From: Arenicellales bacterium
GTDB taxonomy: Bacteria > Pseudomonadota > Gammaproteobacteria > Arenicellales > Poriferihabitantaceae
DNA: 64,000 nt
Reading direction: 5' to 3'
NCBI GenBank assembly: GCA_965200715.1
Contig: OZ241374.1
Span: forward strand, 1,048,474-1,112,473
In this document: piece after piece, positions 31,880 through 41,818 of the stretch
Layout: each line of letters opens with the position of its first letter
Position numbering within the stretch: position 1 is the stretch's first letter
Notes under the pieces: model-generated
What the model was told of the DNA's origin: nothing
Seen by the model: the letters and a program-made list of their open reading frames with translations, nothing else
Database searches by the model: none
Translations under genes and position numbers: made by a program

Positions 31880-33055
31880 ATGGATCCAGTATGGTTATTG
31901 GTGTTGCTTCCTGTTGCCGCAGCTAGCGGTTGGCTTGTTGCTGCCCATGATCGAACTTCGAAGAATCAAAAGACCCATATTCCCGATCGATTCTTTGAGG
32001 GATTGAATTGCCTTTTGAACGATCAACATGATGAGGCACTCAGAATCTTTCTTGATGCTGTTGAGATGGACAGCGGTACGGTTGAAATGCACATGGCGCT
32101 CGGCAATATGTTCCGTCAACGTGGAGAAGTTGATCGTGCTACACGGATCCATGAAAATCTGGTTAATCGAACCGATCTTGACAACGAGTTGAGAAGTCAG
32201 GCTCTGTTTGAACTAGCTCAGGACTATTTCAAGGCGGGATTGTATGATCGTGCTGAAAACCTATTTCAGCAATTAAGAAAAATCAAAACGGTTCGGGTTC
32301 GGGCATGTCAATTGTTGTTGCAGATTTATGACCAAGAGAGAGAGTGGGAAAAAGCGATTGAAGTCTCACTTGAGCTAAATGAACATTCTGACTATGACTA
32401 TTCCCATACGATTGCACATCTCTATTGTGAGGTTGCGGAGAGCAATATTCGAACTGGGAATTACGCACAGGCTGATGCAAATATAGCACTCGCATTCCAA
32501 TATGATCAGAAGTGTATCCGAGGAGTGCTGCAATCCGGTCGTCTTGCAGTAATGCGCTCGAATCATACCAGTGCCATTGCAATCTGGCGGAGTCTCGAAT
32601 ATCTTGCTCCAGAATATTTAGGTGAAGTCGTTACTCACATTCAAAACAGTTATAAGGCATTGGGTGATCTTGCATCTTTGCATCAGTTTTTGAAAACTGC
32701 ATTAAAGAAGAACAAAGACAGCCGAATCGTTAATGCCTTGGTTGAGTTGACTCGAGAACAACAAGGAGAAGAGGCGAGTCGGAAGTTAATGTTGAAACTT
32801 GTTCGGGAGCATCCAACTCTTGAAGGGGTTTTACAGGTCATTGCCAGTCAAGACCGTGCAATTGGAAGTTCCGGACAGGAAAAAGATTATCAACTGTTAG
32901 CAAGTTTGATTAGTCATGTTGTGAAAACGGGACGCCATTACAGTTGCAGAAATTGTGGCTTTCAGAGCAATACGCTACATTGGCAATGTCCAGGGTGCAA
33001 ATCGTGGGGTGCCATGCAAAGACCCGAAGTTCCAGAGCTTAAATCGGTTCCCTAA
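31880..33055 (+). CDS. lapB: LPS assembly protein B
   Basis: LLPVAAASGW anchor, TPR repeats, rubredoxin CRNCGF...WQCPGCKSW. Confidence 0.95.
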   Translation: MDPVWLLVLLPVAAASGWLVAAHDRTSKNQKTHIPDRFFEGLNCLLNDQHDEALRIFLDAVEMDSGTVEMHMALGNMFRQRGEVDRATRIHENLVNRTDLDNELRSQALFELAQDYFKAGLYDRAENLFQQLRKIKTVRVRACQLLLQIYDQEREWEKAIEVSLELNEHSDYDYSHTIAHLYCEVAESNIRTGNYAQADANIALAFQYDQKCIRGVLQSGRLAVMRSNHTSAIAIWRSLEYLAPEYLGEVVTHIQNSYKALGDLASLHQFLKTALKKNKDSRIVNALVELTREQQGEEASRKLMLKLVREHPTLEGVLQVIASQDRAIGSSGQEKDYQLLASLISHVVKTGRHYSCRNCGFQSNTLHWQCPGCKSWGAMQRPEVPELKSVP

Positions 33056-33106
33056 TGATCTGGCCCATGCCTTGGGCGTTTCTCTCATTCGCAATACTCT
33101 GATTTT

Positions 33107-34465
33107 ATGAAAGTGTCCATTATCGGGACCGGTTATGTGGGTTTGGTTACCGGCGCATGTTTTGCCGAAATGGGCAATGATGTAATATGCGTTGATTCAG
33201 ATCCAATAAAAATCGCAAAACTCAAACAAGGGATTATTCCGATTCATGAACAGGGTCTGACCGCAATTGTCCAGAATAATCTTGCACATGGTCGTCTTCA
33301 TTTTACTTCCGAGATAGCGGAAGGAATTGAGCATGGTGAAGTGAATTTTATTGCAGTTGGTACTCCACCTGATGAGGATGGCAGTGCGGATTTGTCGAGT
33401 GTAAATAAAGTTGCGCGATCAATTGGAGAATTGCTGGAAGGATTCAAAGTGATTGTCACGAAGTCCACGGTTCCAGTAGGAACGGCCAATCATGTAAAGG
33501 GAATTATCCAAGAAATTCTTAACCGAAGGGGGTGTCAAGCTGAATTTGCAGTCGTTTCGAATCCAGAATTTCTAAAAGAGGGCGTTGCTGTTCAAGATTT
33601 CATGAAACCTGACAGAATTATATTGGGCGGCGATGATAAGCGAGCTCTAACTATGCTGCGAGACTTGTATGCACCGTTCAATCGAAATCATGAGCGTTTG
33701 ATCATTATGGACGTGATGTCCGCTGAATTAACCAAATACGTTGCTAATTCAATGCTGGCATCGAAGATATCTTTCATGAATGAAATGTCTCAAATCGCCG
33801 AGAGGCTTGGTGCAGATATAGAATCGGTTCGTATCGGTATTGGATCAGATCCTAGAATTGGTTATGATTTTATTTATGCTGGGTGTGGGTACGGTGGATC
33901 CTGTCTACCCAAAGATACTCGCGCTCTGTATCAGACAGCGATATCAAGAGGATACCATGCTCGCATGCTTGAGGCTGTAAATGAAGTTAACGACCAACAA
34001 AAGCGAATTTTACCGAATCAGGTTATTCGCCGCTTTGGAACCGATTTATCCAAGCATGTCATTGCATTATGGGGTCTCGCATTCAAGCCTGATACGGATG
34101 ATATACGTGAGGCACCGAGTCTTGTCATTCTTGAAACTCTCTGGGAACATGGAGCTACAGTTCAAGCTTATGATCCGGTAGCGTGTGATTCGGTACAGAT
34201 CGCTTATGGTGATCGAGTTGATTTAAAGCTGTATAAGGATTCACCATTTGAGGTATTAGAGGGTGCTGATTGTCTGGTTGTAGTTACAGAGTGGGGAGAG
34301 TTTCGAGGGATTGATCTCGTTAAGGTAAGGGATGCAATGTCTGGAAATGTGATATTTGATGGTCGTAACATTTTTTCCGCGGAAATCGCTGAACAGGTAG
34401 GTTTGGAATATTATGGAATCGGTCGAACCCCCAATTTATCAATGAGTCGGAAAACCAGACATTAA
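33107..34465 (+). CDS. ugd: UDP-glucose 6-dehydrogenase
   Basis: GTGYVG, KSTVPVGT, SNPEFLKEG, GYGGSCLPKD, GLAFKP. Confidence 0.93.
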   Translation: MKVSIIGTGYVGLVTGACFAEMGNDVICVDSDPIKIAKLKQGIIPIHEQGLTAIVQNNLAHGRLHFTSEIAEGIEHGEVNFIAVGTPPDEDGSADLSSVNKVARSIGELLEGFKVIVTKSTVPVGTANHVKGIIQEILNRRGCQAEFAVVSNPEFLKEGVAVQDFMKPDRIILGGDDKRALTMLRDLYAPFNRNHERLIIMDVMSAELTKYVANSMLASKISFMNEMSQIAERLGADIESVRIGIGSDPRIGYDFIYAGCGYGGSCLPKDTRALYQTAISRGYHARMLEAVNEVNDQQKRILPNQVIRRFGTDLSKHVIALWGLAFKPDTDDIREAPSLVILETLWEHGATVQAYDPVACDSVQIAYGDRVDLKLYKDSPFEVLEGADCLVVVTEWGEFRGIDLVKVRDAMSGNVIFDGRNIFSAEIAEQVGLEYYGIGRTPNLSMSRKTRH

Positions 34466-34519
34466 ATTTTGTTGCAGGTTATTTTGTAAATTGAATCGAA
34501 ACAGAAAAATGATCTATGA

Positions 34520-35673
34520 AGGGCAATTGGAATGAAGGTAGAAACAAAATCGAGACGATGACGGTTGGTGACACAGTGAAAACCTCGGCCAAAATTCATG
34601 CCAAACAGTTATGGATAGTGTTGCTGTGTGGATTCGATCATAGGTACGATATCGTCCACATTTGTACCTTACCAATTCATATCATGATACAGGATAAAAC
34701 CATGCTGATCCTCCAGAATATATACCGAAACTCATTGTGGAGTATCGAATTCCGCAACCAGAATACTCAGCGCTGACTCCAAGCTTTAGATTAATCTTTG
34801 ACATCAGTTCATATAGTCTCCGACCGGTTGTGGTTTCGCCTGCGAGGTCTTGCGTACTCGATAAAACAGTTGCTTGATCGAACGGGTCTGGTGAGCCGAC
34901 TGGCACCTATTGGAAAATCTTGGATCTTGGCCGTCTCGCACATCAGACAACGAGTCATAACCCACAGCAGACTGATGTCGGTTGGATAATGTACATCGAT
35001 TTTAACCATAAAGGGATCAAAGCGACTGAGCAAGGGCACGCCAGGCTTTTTTTCTAGCCACCTTGTGACCACTCTCCCCCACCAGACGAAAGACCTCAAC
35101 CAACAGTTCCGGAGTCAGAAGCTCTACATTTTCGATTGCCGTCTGAAGATGATACTGATAATCGTCAGAGGTACATGAATGACCCAGAAACTTGCGTATC
35201 ATCCTGTGCTCATTGATGAACTCATGCAGTTGGTCATAGTTGCAACCGAGACCCTGTTTGAGCACTCCCATCGCCAGAATCTGCCATAACTCCATGCTCG
35301 GACGACTGTTCTGCTGGTCCTTGACGGGCAATATATGTTGATCCAGCAGGTCAAACAAGGCCTTGCGTATACCCTTGTCCCGATACAGATGTTGAAGTCC
35401 CATTAGCAAAGCCGGGATGTCATCTCGTGATTTCGGATTCAGTGCAATGTCTTCGATCCGAACTTCGCCGATTTCCATCTGTGTATGTTGCACTGTTCTC
35501 ATAGTTTTTGCTCAAAATAGCCGAAGATTATCAAAATTTTCGATATGGACTCAAGAATCGAAAGTATACGACAAAAACGCTTTGCTCAATAAAACTCTAT
35601 GTTGTACATCTGGCTATTATTACATATGATATCAATTAGTTAATTGTATTTTATGGGTTTTCTAGCAGATCCC
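34520..35673 (-). mobile_element. Degenerate IS5-like element (internally deleted transposase pseudogene)
   Basis: ORF 35017-35502 (SRDDIPALL...RPSMELWQIL), continuation DVHYPTDISLLW, and stop-interrupted GVSVYILEDQHGFILYH...FGRGFH at about 34560-34735; candidate left end 35657-35673. Confidence 0.75.
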
Positions 35674-35699
35674 ATCAATGTTAAGGTGCTACAAGACGA

Positions 35700-35850
35700 T
35701 GCTGAACAATCTCAGAACCCAAAATATTCGATAAGCAGAAACTGATAATCAAGTTCTACCAAGAAAAACAACATACCGTCCAGCAGATCATCAGGATGAC
35801 GAACCTCTCCAAACCAACGCTTTGCTAAATCTTTAGAGGAGGTGAAGTGA
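35700..35850 (+). pseudogene. C-terminal Hin-type HTH remnant of a serine resolvase/invertase (copy 1)
   Basis: Hand translation DKQKLIIKFYQEKQHTVQQIIRMTNLSKPTLC. Confidence 0.6.
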
Positions 35851-35911
35851 TTAAAGTCAGCACCCCCTTACTCTGCTGTCCCTTGCTGCTGATCGATATC
35901 TCCTGATCCAA

Positions 35912-35942
35912 CGGATAGTATCCGCTCTCGGTACTCAGTACC
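35912..35942. repeat. Two adjacent 13-bp (6-1-6) palindromes
   Basis: CGGATAGTATCCG (35912-35924) and GGTACTCAGTACC (35930-35942). Confidence 0.8.
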
Positions 35943-35997
35943 AAAGCCAACATTTTTTTTAATAATTTAAGAGAAGAGGTGAAAATTGTTGATGCTT

Positions 35998-37353
35998 TTA
36001 TTGCTCAGGCTGATACCTGAGATCCAGACTGCGCTGAAGTTGGGCCCCGATATCTTCCGGCTTTGCTTTGCCTGCAATGGCCCTGACAGCTGCATCCCAG
36101 CTCTCTTGCTCCAGATCAGGTGTGCCGCGTGAAAGATACTGCGTAGTATAGCGAATCGTCTCATGGCAATTCCTGCGCCAGGATAAGAACTTGTTAGCAA
36201 CAGGGTCGACTGAATTAACCTTATGACGGGACAGTGGATAGAATCCAGGGAGTGCACGAACGTATAGAGTAGCAAAATCCTCCGTAGTAAGCCATTCTAG
36301 AAACATCAATGCAGCCGACATATTATGACTGCTGGAATTCAAGCCTATCCCCATGTCAAAATGATCGGAGATATAACACTCATCTCCAGTTTTCTGAACA
36401 GGGGGAGGAAATGCACCCATCTCAAACTCAACCTCTGCATTGAACCCTGCGATCACCCAGCTACCGGCAGGGTATATAGCAGCTCGCCCAGCAGTGAACA
36501 GAGCCTGGCTTTCCGAGTAAGTTCGAGTCGTATATCCCTTGCCAAGATAGCGACGCCACTTGGATAAAGTTCGATAAGGAGCCACCCAGGGTTCATCTGT
36601 TAGTTTTTGTCGTCCCTTGATCAGGGCAAGACGACCTTCTTCTCCTCTCCAATAGGTAGGACCAATGTTGTTATAGCCCATAGTTGCGGCAGGCCACCGA
36701 GAAGCAAGACCCAGCGCCATCGGGATCCATCGGCCATCATTACGAATCCTTTCAAGCACTGCAAAAAACTCGTCTTCTGTTTTAGGCGGGTTGAGACCTA
36801 GTTGCATGAATATTTCACGATTGTAGATAAAGCCATGAATTACCGAAGCCACTGGGACGCAATATGTTGTTGTCCCATTATCGGTCTGCCAAGCGGACTT
36901 AGCTATGTTTGAAAAATACTTCATCCCAGAAAGACTATTGATATCGGTGAAATGCCCTGCCTCATATAGAACCAGTGATTGGTCAAATGGACGGCAGGTA
37001 ATCAAGTCACCAGCCATCTCTGATTTGAGTTTGTATAAAATTTCAGCGTCATAGTGTGTTGGTTCGGTTGGTCTGAACTCCAAAGAGATATTGGGGTGGG
37101 AGGCCTCAAATGCCGGAATGATCATCTCCTCCCATGCCATTCGATCGCCACTCCGCCAGCTTTCGATAGTCAGAGTCTTGACTGTCTGAGGGATGGCAGT
37201 TGCACTTATCATCATCGAGGTAAGGATTGCGATTGGTAATCTTGGTAGCCTAGGGTTTTTTCCCTCCAAATTTCGGAAAATAACGCCTAACAAACCCAAC
37301 GACCTGAATATCTGGGATACTCCTTGAATCATCATGTCTAAAAATCTTGTCAT
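35998..37353 (-). CDS. ABC transporter substrate-binding protein (family 1, sugar-type); start uncertain
   Basis: LTIESWR...IIPAFEASHPNI, GDLITCRPFD, SVIHGFIYN, YPAGSW. Confidence 0.85.
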   Translation of the reverse strand: MTRFLDMMIQGVSQIFRSLGLLGVIFRNLEGKNPRLPRLPIAILTSMMISATAIPQTVKTLTIESWRSGDRMAWEEMIIPAFEASHPNISLEFRPTEPTHYDAEILYKLKSEMAGDLITCRPFDQSLVLYEAGHFTDINSLSGMKYFSNIAKSAWQTDNGTTTYCVPVASVIHGFIYNREIFMQLGLNPPKTEDEFFAVLERIRNDGRWIPMALGLASRWPAATMGYNNIGPTYWRGEEGRLALIKGRQKLTDEPWVAPYRTLSKWRRYLGKGYTTRTYSESQALFTAGRAAIYPAGSWVIAGFNAEVEFEMGAFPPPVQKTGDECYISDHFDMGIGLNSSSHNMSAALMFLEWLTTEDFATLYVRALPGFYPLSRHKVNSVDPVANKFLSWRRNCHETIRYTTQYLSRGTPDLEQESWDAAVRAIAGKAKPEDIGAQLQRSLDLRYQPEQ

Positions 37354-37489
37354 TTCACCATATCGACCGTTTCTTGCAAAAGGTTTAAAATCCTATAGCC
37401 AACTTACCATAAAAATACGAGAATTTTGAATAGATGTGACATGGATGCATGATATCAATATCTTTCATCAGGCACTGTTAACCCGAAAT

Positions 37490-37986
37490 AAGTATCGGCT
37501 TCACCAAGGCATTTACAGTCACTCGACCACGGAAGCTGGTCGAGGTAATGCAAAATGTTATCACCCTGCGACTGTTCCTTAGTTTCTGGCGATACCCGCA
37601 AGGGCATGGTGTGCAAGATTGGCTTTGGAATTCTATATCGAGGATTAAACGACTTTGAACAGGGATTGGAGTGGGTGCTATTACGAATAGAATTCCATCT
37701 AGCTTTAACGCGTTGAAATTATGTGGCCCTGTTGGGCATGGTCGAGGCGTTGGTTGAACTGGGTCTTTTATAGTTATCTGGTGAGTTTGACACAAAACAG
37801 AAAACTGCTAAGCGAAAGATCAACATTCGCAAAGTTCGGGATTTGAGCTTTTCCTTCAGTATAGAAAGACTGCAGATTGGGCTAGAAGTGCATCCAGTCG
37901 ACCCAAATGACAGAGTGAAAGTAGAGTGGTTGTTTCGTGCCGCAACACGAGTCTACAAGGTAACAGCTCTGCACAATATTTTTTAG
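37490..37986 (+). pseudogene. Possible decayed gene of unknown family
   Basis: Frame 37648-37986 has only two internal stops in about 112 codons and protein-like composition. Confidence 0.25.
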
Positions 37987-38229
37987 ATAGGATGTACCAT
38001 TGGTGGCATAAATATCCAAAAACTGCCTATATGTGGTACAACCTTTCCATGAATAATGGCTATGATGAAACCTCGGTAATGCAGGTAATGCAAGTGATCA
38101 CATATCCGTATTCTCTAAAATATTTCTACCGGTGTATTCAGATAGTTTGAATAATATGAGATCGGTATCGGTAATCGCTGTTTAGATGATAAAAATCGAG
38201 ATCAAGCAATTCTCCTCGCGGCAAAGTGC

Positions 38230-38498
38230 AGTAAAGCGGGTATGCCGTCTCTCGATTTCGGATTCAGTTCAACGTCCTCAATCTGGGCTTCACCGACTTC
38301 CATCTGTTTATACTGTACTGCTCTTAGGGTATTTACTCAAAATAGGCGAAGATTTGCAAAGATTTCCGGTTTGGGTGAAAGAATCGGGCAATATGAGCCA
38401 AAATCGCTTTTCTTAGCAGATGTTTATGTTATACTTGCAAATATTATAATATATAATATCAATTAGTTATTACAGTTTTTGAGTTTTCTTGCGGACAC
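38230..38498 (-). mobile_element. Second, diverged IS5-like left-end fragment
   Basis: Minus strand reads LRAVQYKQMEVGEAQIEDVELNPKSRDGIPALL versus copy 1 MRTVQHTQMEIGEVRIEDIALNPKSRDDIPALL; candidate end GTGTCCGCAAGAAAAC at 38498-38483. Confidence 0.8.
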
Positions 38499-38519
38499 GA
38501 TATATCAAGGCGCTACAAG

Positions 38520-38672
38520 ACGATGTCTGAGCGATTTTCAGGACCCACAATAACCGATTAGCAGAAACTGATAATCAAGCTCCCCCAAGAGAAACTGTAT
38601 ACCGTCCGGTAGTCTACAAGATGTTGAACATCTCCAAACCGACGATTTATGAGTCTTAGGGGAGGTGAAGTT
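38520..38672 (+). pseudogene. Resolvase HTH remnant (copy 2)
   Basis: D*QKLIIKLPQEKLYTVR / KMLNISKPTIYES; aligns by eye to 35700-35850. Confidence 0.6.
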
Positions 38673-38712
38673 ATCGAAGTCTCGACCAAGCGAATATATA
38701 TGGTAGGTTAAA

Positions 38713-41562
38713 ATGACAGGAAAAACGTACGAGACGGCTTTCAACTTAGTACTATCGGATGCCTTGCGATGCAGGCATCCGCAATGGCGACATCATATCC
38801 AAGCAGAGCGGACAGGAGTTATAGAAGGCGCTCAGGGGTTACGACCTGATATTCTCATTACCCCCTTAAACAGCAGTCCGGTTATTGTCGAAACCGAATA
38901 CTATCCTGCCAGAACCGTTGAGCAGGAAGCGATTGACCGACTTGGTGTTAATCTGATCCAAACTGGACAACCAGTAGAGCATGTATTCGCAGTTCGTGTT
39001 TCATCACAATTAAGTTCTGAGCCACAGGACAAAATCAGGGATAGTATTGAGGTTGCCGAATTTAAATTTTGCATTTATTCTCTCCAACCGGATGGATCAC
39101 AAAAACGCTGGCCACGAGAAGGCTGGATACAGGGTGACATAGATGATCTAGCAACTAGCATAGAAGCATCGACTTTATCAGAAACTTTGTTAGCTGCCAG
39201 CACAAATACTCTGGAAAAAGGTATAGCACAATCTGCGGCAACGCTTCAACAATCACAAACCAACGTTGGCGATCTGATTGCTGAGAGACTTTGTCAAGAA
39301 GCCGGAGAGCAGACTAATCGCATGGCAATGGCGATCATCGCCAATGCTATGACATTCCATTCTCGAATTGAAGGGCAACAGAGTATCCCAACCTTATCAT
39401 CGTTGTCAGGTCGTACAGAAATAGTGAATTGCTGGCAGTGGATTGTCCATGAAGTCAATTACTGGCCGATTTTCCATATAGCATCAGGCTTATTGAATAT
39501 CATTCCTGCTAAGCAGGCGAATAGCATACTAAAAAAATTAATGGCCATGACGGATCAACTCATTGCAATGGGGGCAACCCAAATAAACGACCTTTCGGGT
39601 CGTGCCTTTCAGACCCTTATATCAGACAGGAAGTTCCTGGCCACTTTCTACACATTGCCTGCATCTGCCACTCTACTAGCAGAACTTGCAATATCCAGAC
39701 TTAATACAGATTGGTGTGACAGGGATGAAGTAACAGCATTGCGTGTTGCAGATTTTGCTTGTGGTACGGGCGCCCTATTGAATGCCGCATACCACGCAAT
39801 ATGTAGCCGTTATAGACGAGCAGGTAATGATGATGCAGACATTCACGCTAGCATGATTGAATCCTCATTGTATGGTTGTGACATTATGCCGGCTGCTACA
39901 CACCTGACGGCATCCACATTGTCAAACGCACAACCTGGATTGACTTATGGAACAACACAGATAGCCACTATGCCATATGGCTATGATGAGAACAACGTTG
40001 TCTGGATAGGGTCACTGGAGTTGATTGAAAAACAAGAAACCTTGTCGTTACTTAGCTTGGGTCGAAAGCAGTTATCCGGTAAGGCGAGCGGAAATCGCAC
40101 ACGGGATTTGGATGTCCCACATGAATCCATGGATGTTGTTATTATGAATCCACCTTTTACCCGTCCGACAAATCACAAACTGGCAACCATTCCAGTGCCT
40201 TCATTTGCAGGATTTAACACTACCAATGCTGAACAGAAAGCCATGAGCAACAGGCTGAGTTCTATAAACCGATCTCTATCTGACAAAGCTGGGGACGGTT
40301 ATGCTGGATTATCTTCCAACTTCATTGATCTAGCACATGCAAAATTGAAGCCTGGACAGGGGGTTCTGGCAATGGTGTTACAGGCCACATTTGTCCAAGG
40401 CAGTGGTTGGAGTAACGCACGGAAACTGCTAGCAAAGCATTACGAAGATATAGCCGTAATTTCGATTGCCAATCCCGGTTCAAGAAATTATGCCTTCTCG
40501 GCTGATACCGATATGGGAGAAGTGTTAGTTGTCGCAAAAAAGAAAAAGAATACGACAACAGGGACTGGAAAATATATGTTTGTAAACCTGTTACATAGAC
40601 CTGTTCATCATGTTGCAGCGATCGAAACAGCCAAGTCTATCGACAAACACAGAAAGAATGGTACTGATGGAATCATCAAACTTGGTGATCTATACGATAA
40701 CGGAAACTGCATAAGTTTGAATCGGTATATCGGCGGTTGTGCTGGGCTTGTGGAGTCTGGGCTTGCAAAGTTCATGGAACATCTTGTTGATGGGGTATTT
40801 CTCAATTCCAGAACAGGAAAATCAGAACAGTTTCCGATTACAAGATTGGAAGAATTGGGTCAGCCAGGGTTATCCCATAGAAATATCGTCTATCAACCAA
40901 ACGGTCCTTTTGATAAGGTTCCGTTACGATCTTCAGTACCGACTTATCCTGCCTTATGGAGCCATGATGCACCTCGTGAACGATCATTCATAGTCAAACC
41001 TGACAGCGAACTTCTTGTTAAGACGAATATGAATGAGCAGGCAGCAAAGATTTGGGAACAAAATGCCACCCGCCTGCATATATCTCTGGATTTTCGATTT
41101 AATTCTCAAAGTCTGGCCGCCTGTCTTAATCCAGAAAAAATGCTAGGCGGCACTGCATGGCCAAATTTTATAGCCCATGATAAGTTCATGGAGCCTATCA
41201 TCTTGTTATGGCTCAATTCCACGATGGGAATTATGGCATATTGGTGGGTAAGTCCGCGTCAGCAGCTGGGAAGAGGCAGAATGACTAGAACACTTCTACC
41301 CAATGTCGCTGTCATTGACCCGTGCCAATTCAGTAAGAACGAAATTCCGACATGGGATAGTCTGTTTCACCGGTTCAGGCATGAGACATTTCTGCCCGCA
41401 AATGAGGCATTGCATGATGATGCACGCATTGCGTTGGATAATGCCATATTTGACTTGCTTAACATATCACAGGAAATACGTGACGGTTTCGATTTGATCC
41501 GTCGTCAATGGTGCAATGAACCATCGGTGCACGGTGGGAAAAAGAGAAGTTATAAATCATGA
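38713..41562 (+). CDS. Type IIG-like fused restriction endonuclease/amino-methyltransferase
   Basis: N-terminal RPDILI...IVETEY nuclease-like motif, motif X FYT, motif I DFACGTG, motif IV NPPF (gamma order), C-terminal TRD-like region; 949 aa intact. Confidence 0.82.
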   Translation: MTGKTYETAFNLVLSDALRCRHPQWRHHIQAERTGVIEGAQGLRPDILITPLNSSPVIVETEYYPARTVEQEAIDRLGVNLIQTGQPVEHVFAVRVSSQLSSEPQDKIRDSIEVAEFKFCIYSLQPDGSQKRWPREGWIQGDIDDLATSIEASTLSETLLAASTNTLEKGIAQSAATLQQSQTNVGDLIAERLCQEAGEQTNRMAMAIIANAMTFHSRIEGQQSIPTLSSLSGRTEIVNCWQWIVHEVNYWPIFHIASGLLNIIPAKQANSILKKLMAMTDQLIAMGATQINDLSGRAFQTLISDRKFLATFYTLPASATLLAELAISRLNTDWCDRDEVTALRVADFACGTGALLNAAYHAICSRYRRAGNDDADIHASMIESSLYGCDIMPAATHLTASTLSNAQPGLTYGTTQIATMPYGYDENNVVWIGSLELIEKQETLSLLSLGRKQLSGKASGNRTRDLDVPHESMDVVIMNPPFTRPTNHKLATIPVPSFAGFNTTNAEQKAMSNRLSSINRSLSDKAGDGYAGLSSNFIDLAHAKLKPGQGVLAMVLQATFVQGSGWSNARKLLAKHYEDIAVISIANPGSRNYAFSADTDMGEVLVVAKKKKNTTTGTGKYMFVNLLHRPVHHVAAIETAKSIDKHRKNGTDGIIKLGDLYDNGNCISLNRYIGGCAGLVESGLAKFMEHLVDGVFLNSRTGKSEQFPITRLEELGQPGLSHRNIVYQPNGPFDKVPLRSSVPTYPALWSHDAPRERSFIVKPDSELLVKTNMNEQAAKIWEQNATRLHISLDFRFNSQSLAACLNPEKMLGGTAWPNFIAHDKFMEPIILLWLNSTMGIMAYWWVSPRQQLGRGRMTRTLLPNVAVIDPCQFSKNEIPTWDSLFHRFRHETFLPANEALHDDARIALDNAIFDLLNISQEIRDGFDLIRRQWCNEPSVHGGKKRSYKS

Positions 41563-41818
41563 CCTAGTCCGATATGAAACCATGGTAAACCGTAACCTCT
41601 AGCGATAACTGCCTGCCGAAAAAGTCATCGTTATTTGTCTCTACTATTTTGAATTTATTGGATATCAGGATGTCAAAAAACTCCTCTGTATTATCTGTTT
41701 ACAAATTACCGATTGAATCTATAACCGATCTACCAGATCAAATAAAAGAACATAAACGTATTTTTAACAGTTGGCAGTGTTTGAGTTCGCTTTTTCTCAT
41801 TCGAATTTAGGGTATGTA

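Noticed and set aside
35417-38466. Short plus-strand ORFs 35417-35629, 38186-38416 and 38242-38466 that resemble each other
   Set aside because: Antisense readings of the duplicated IS left end, not separate genes
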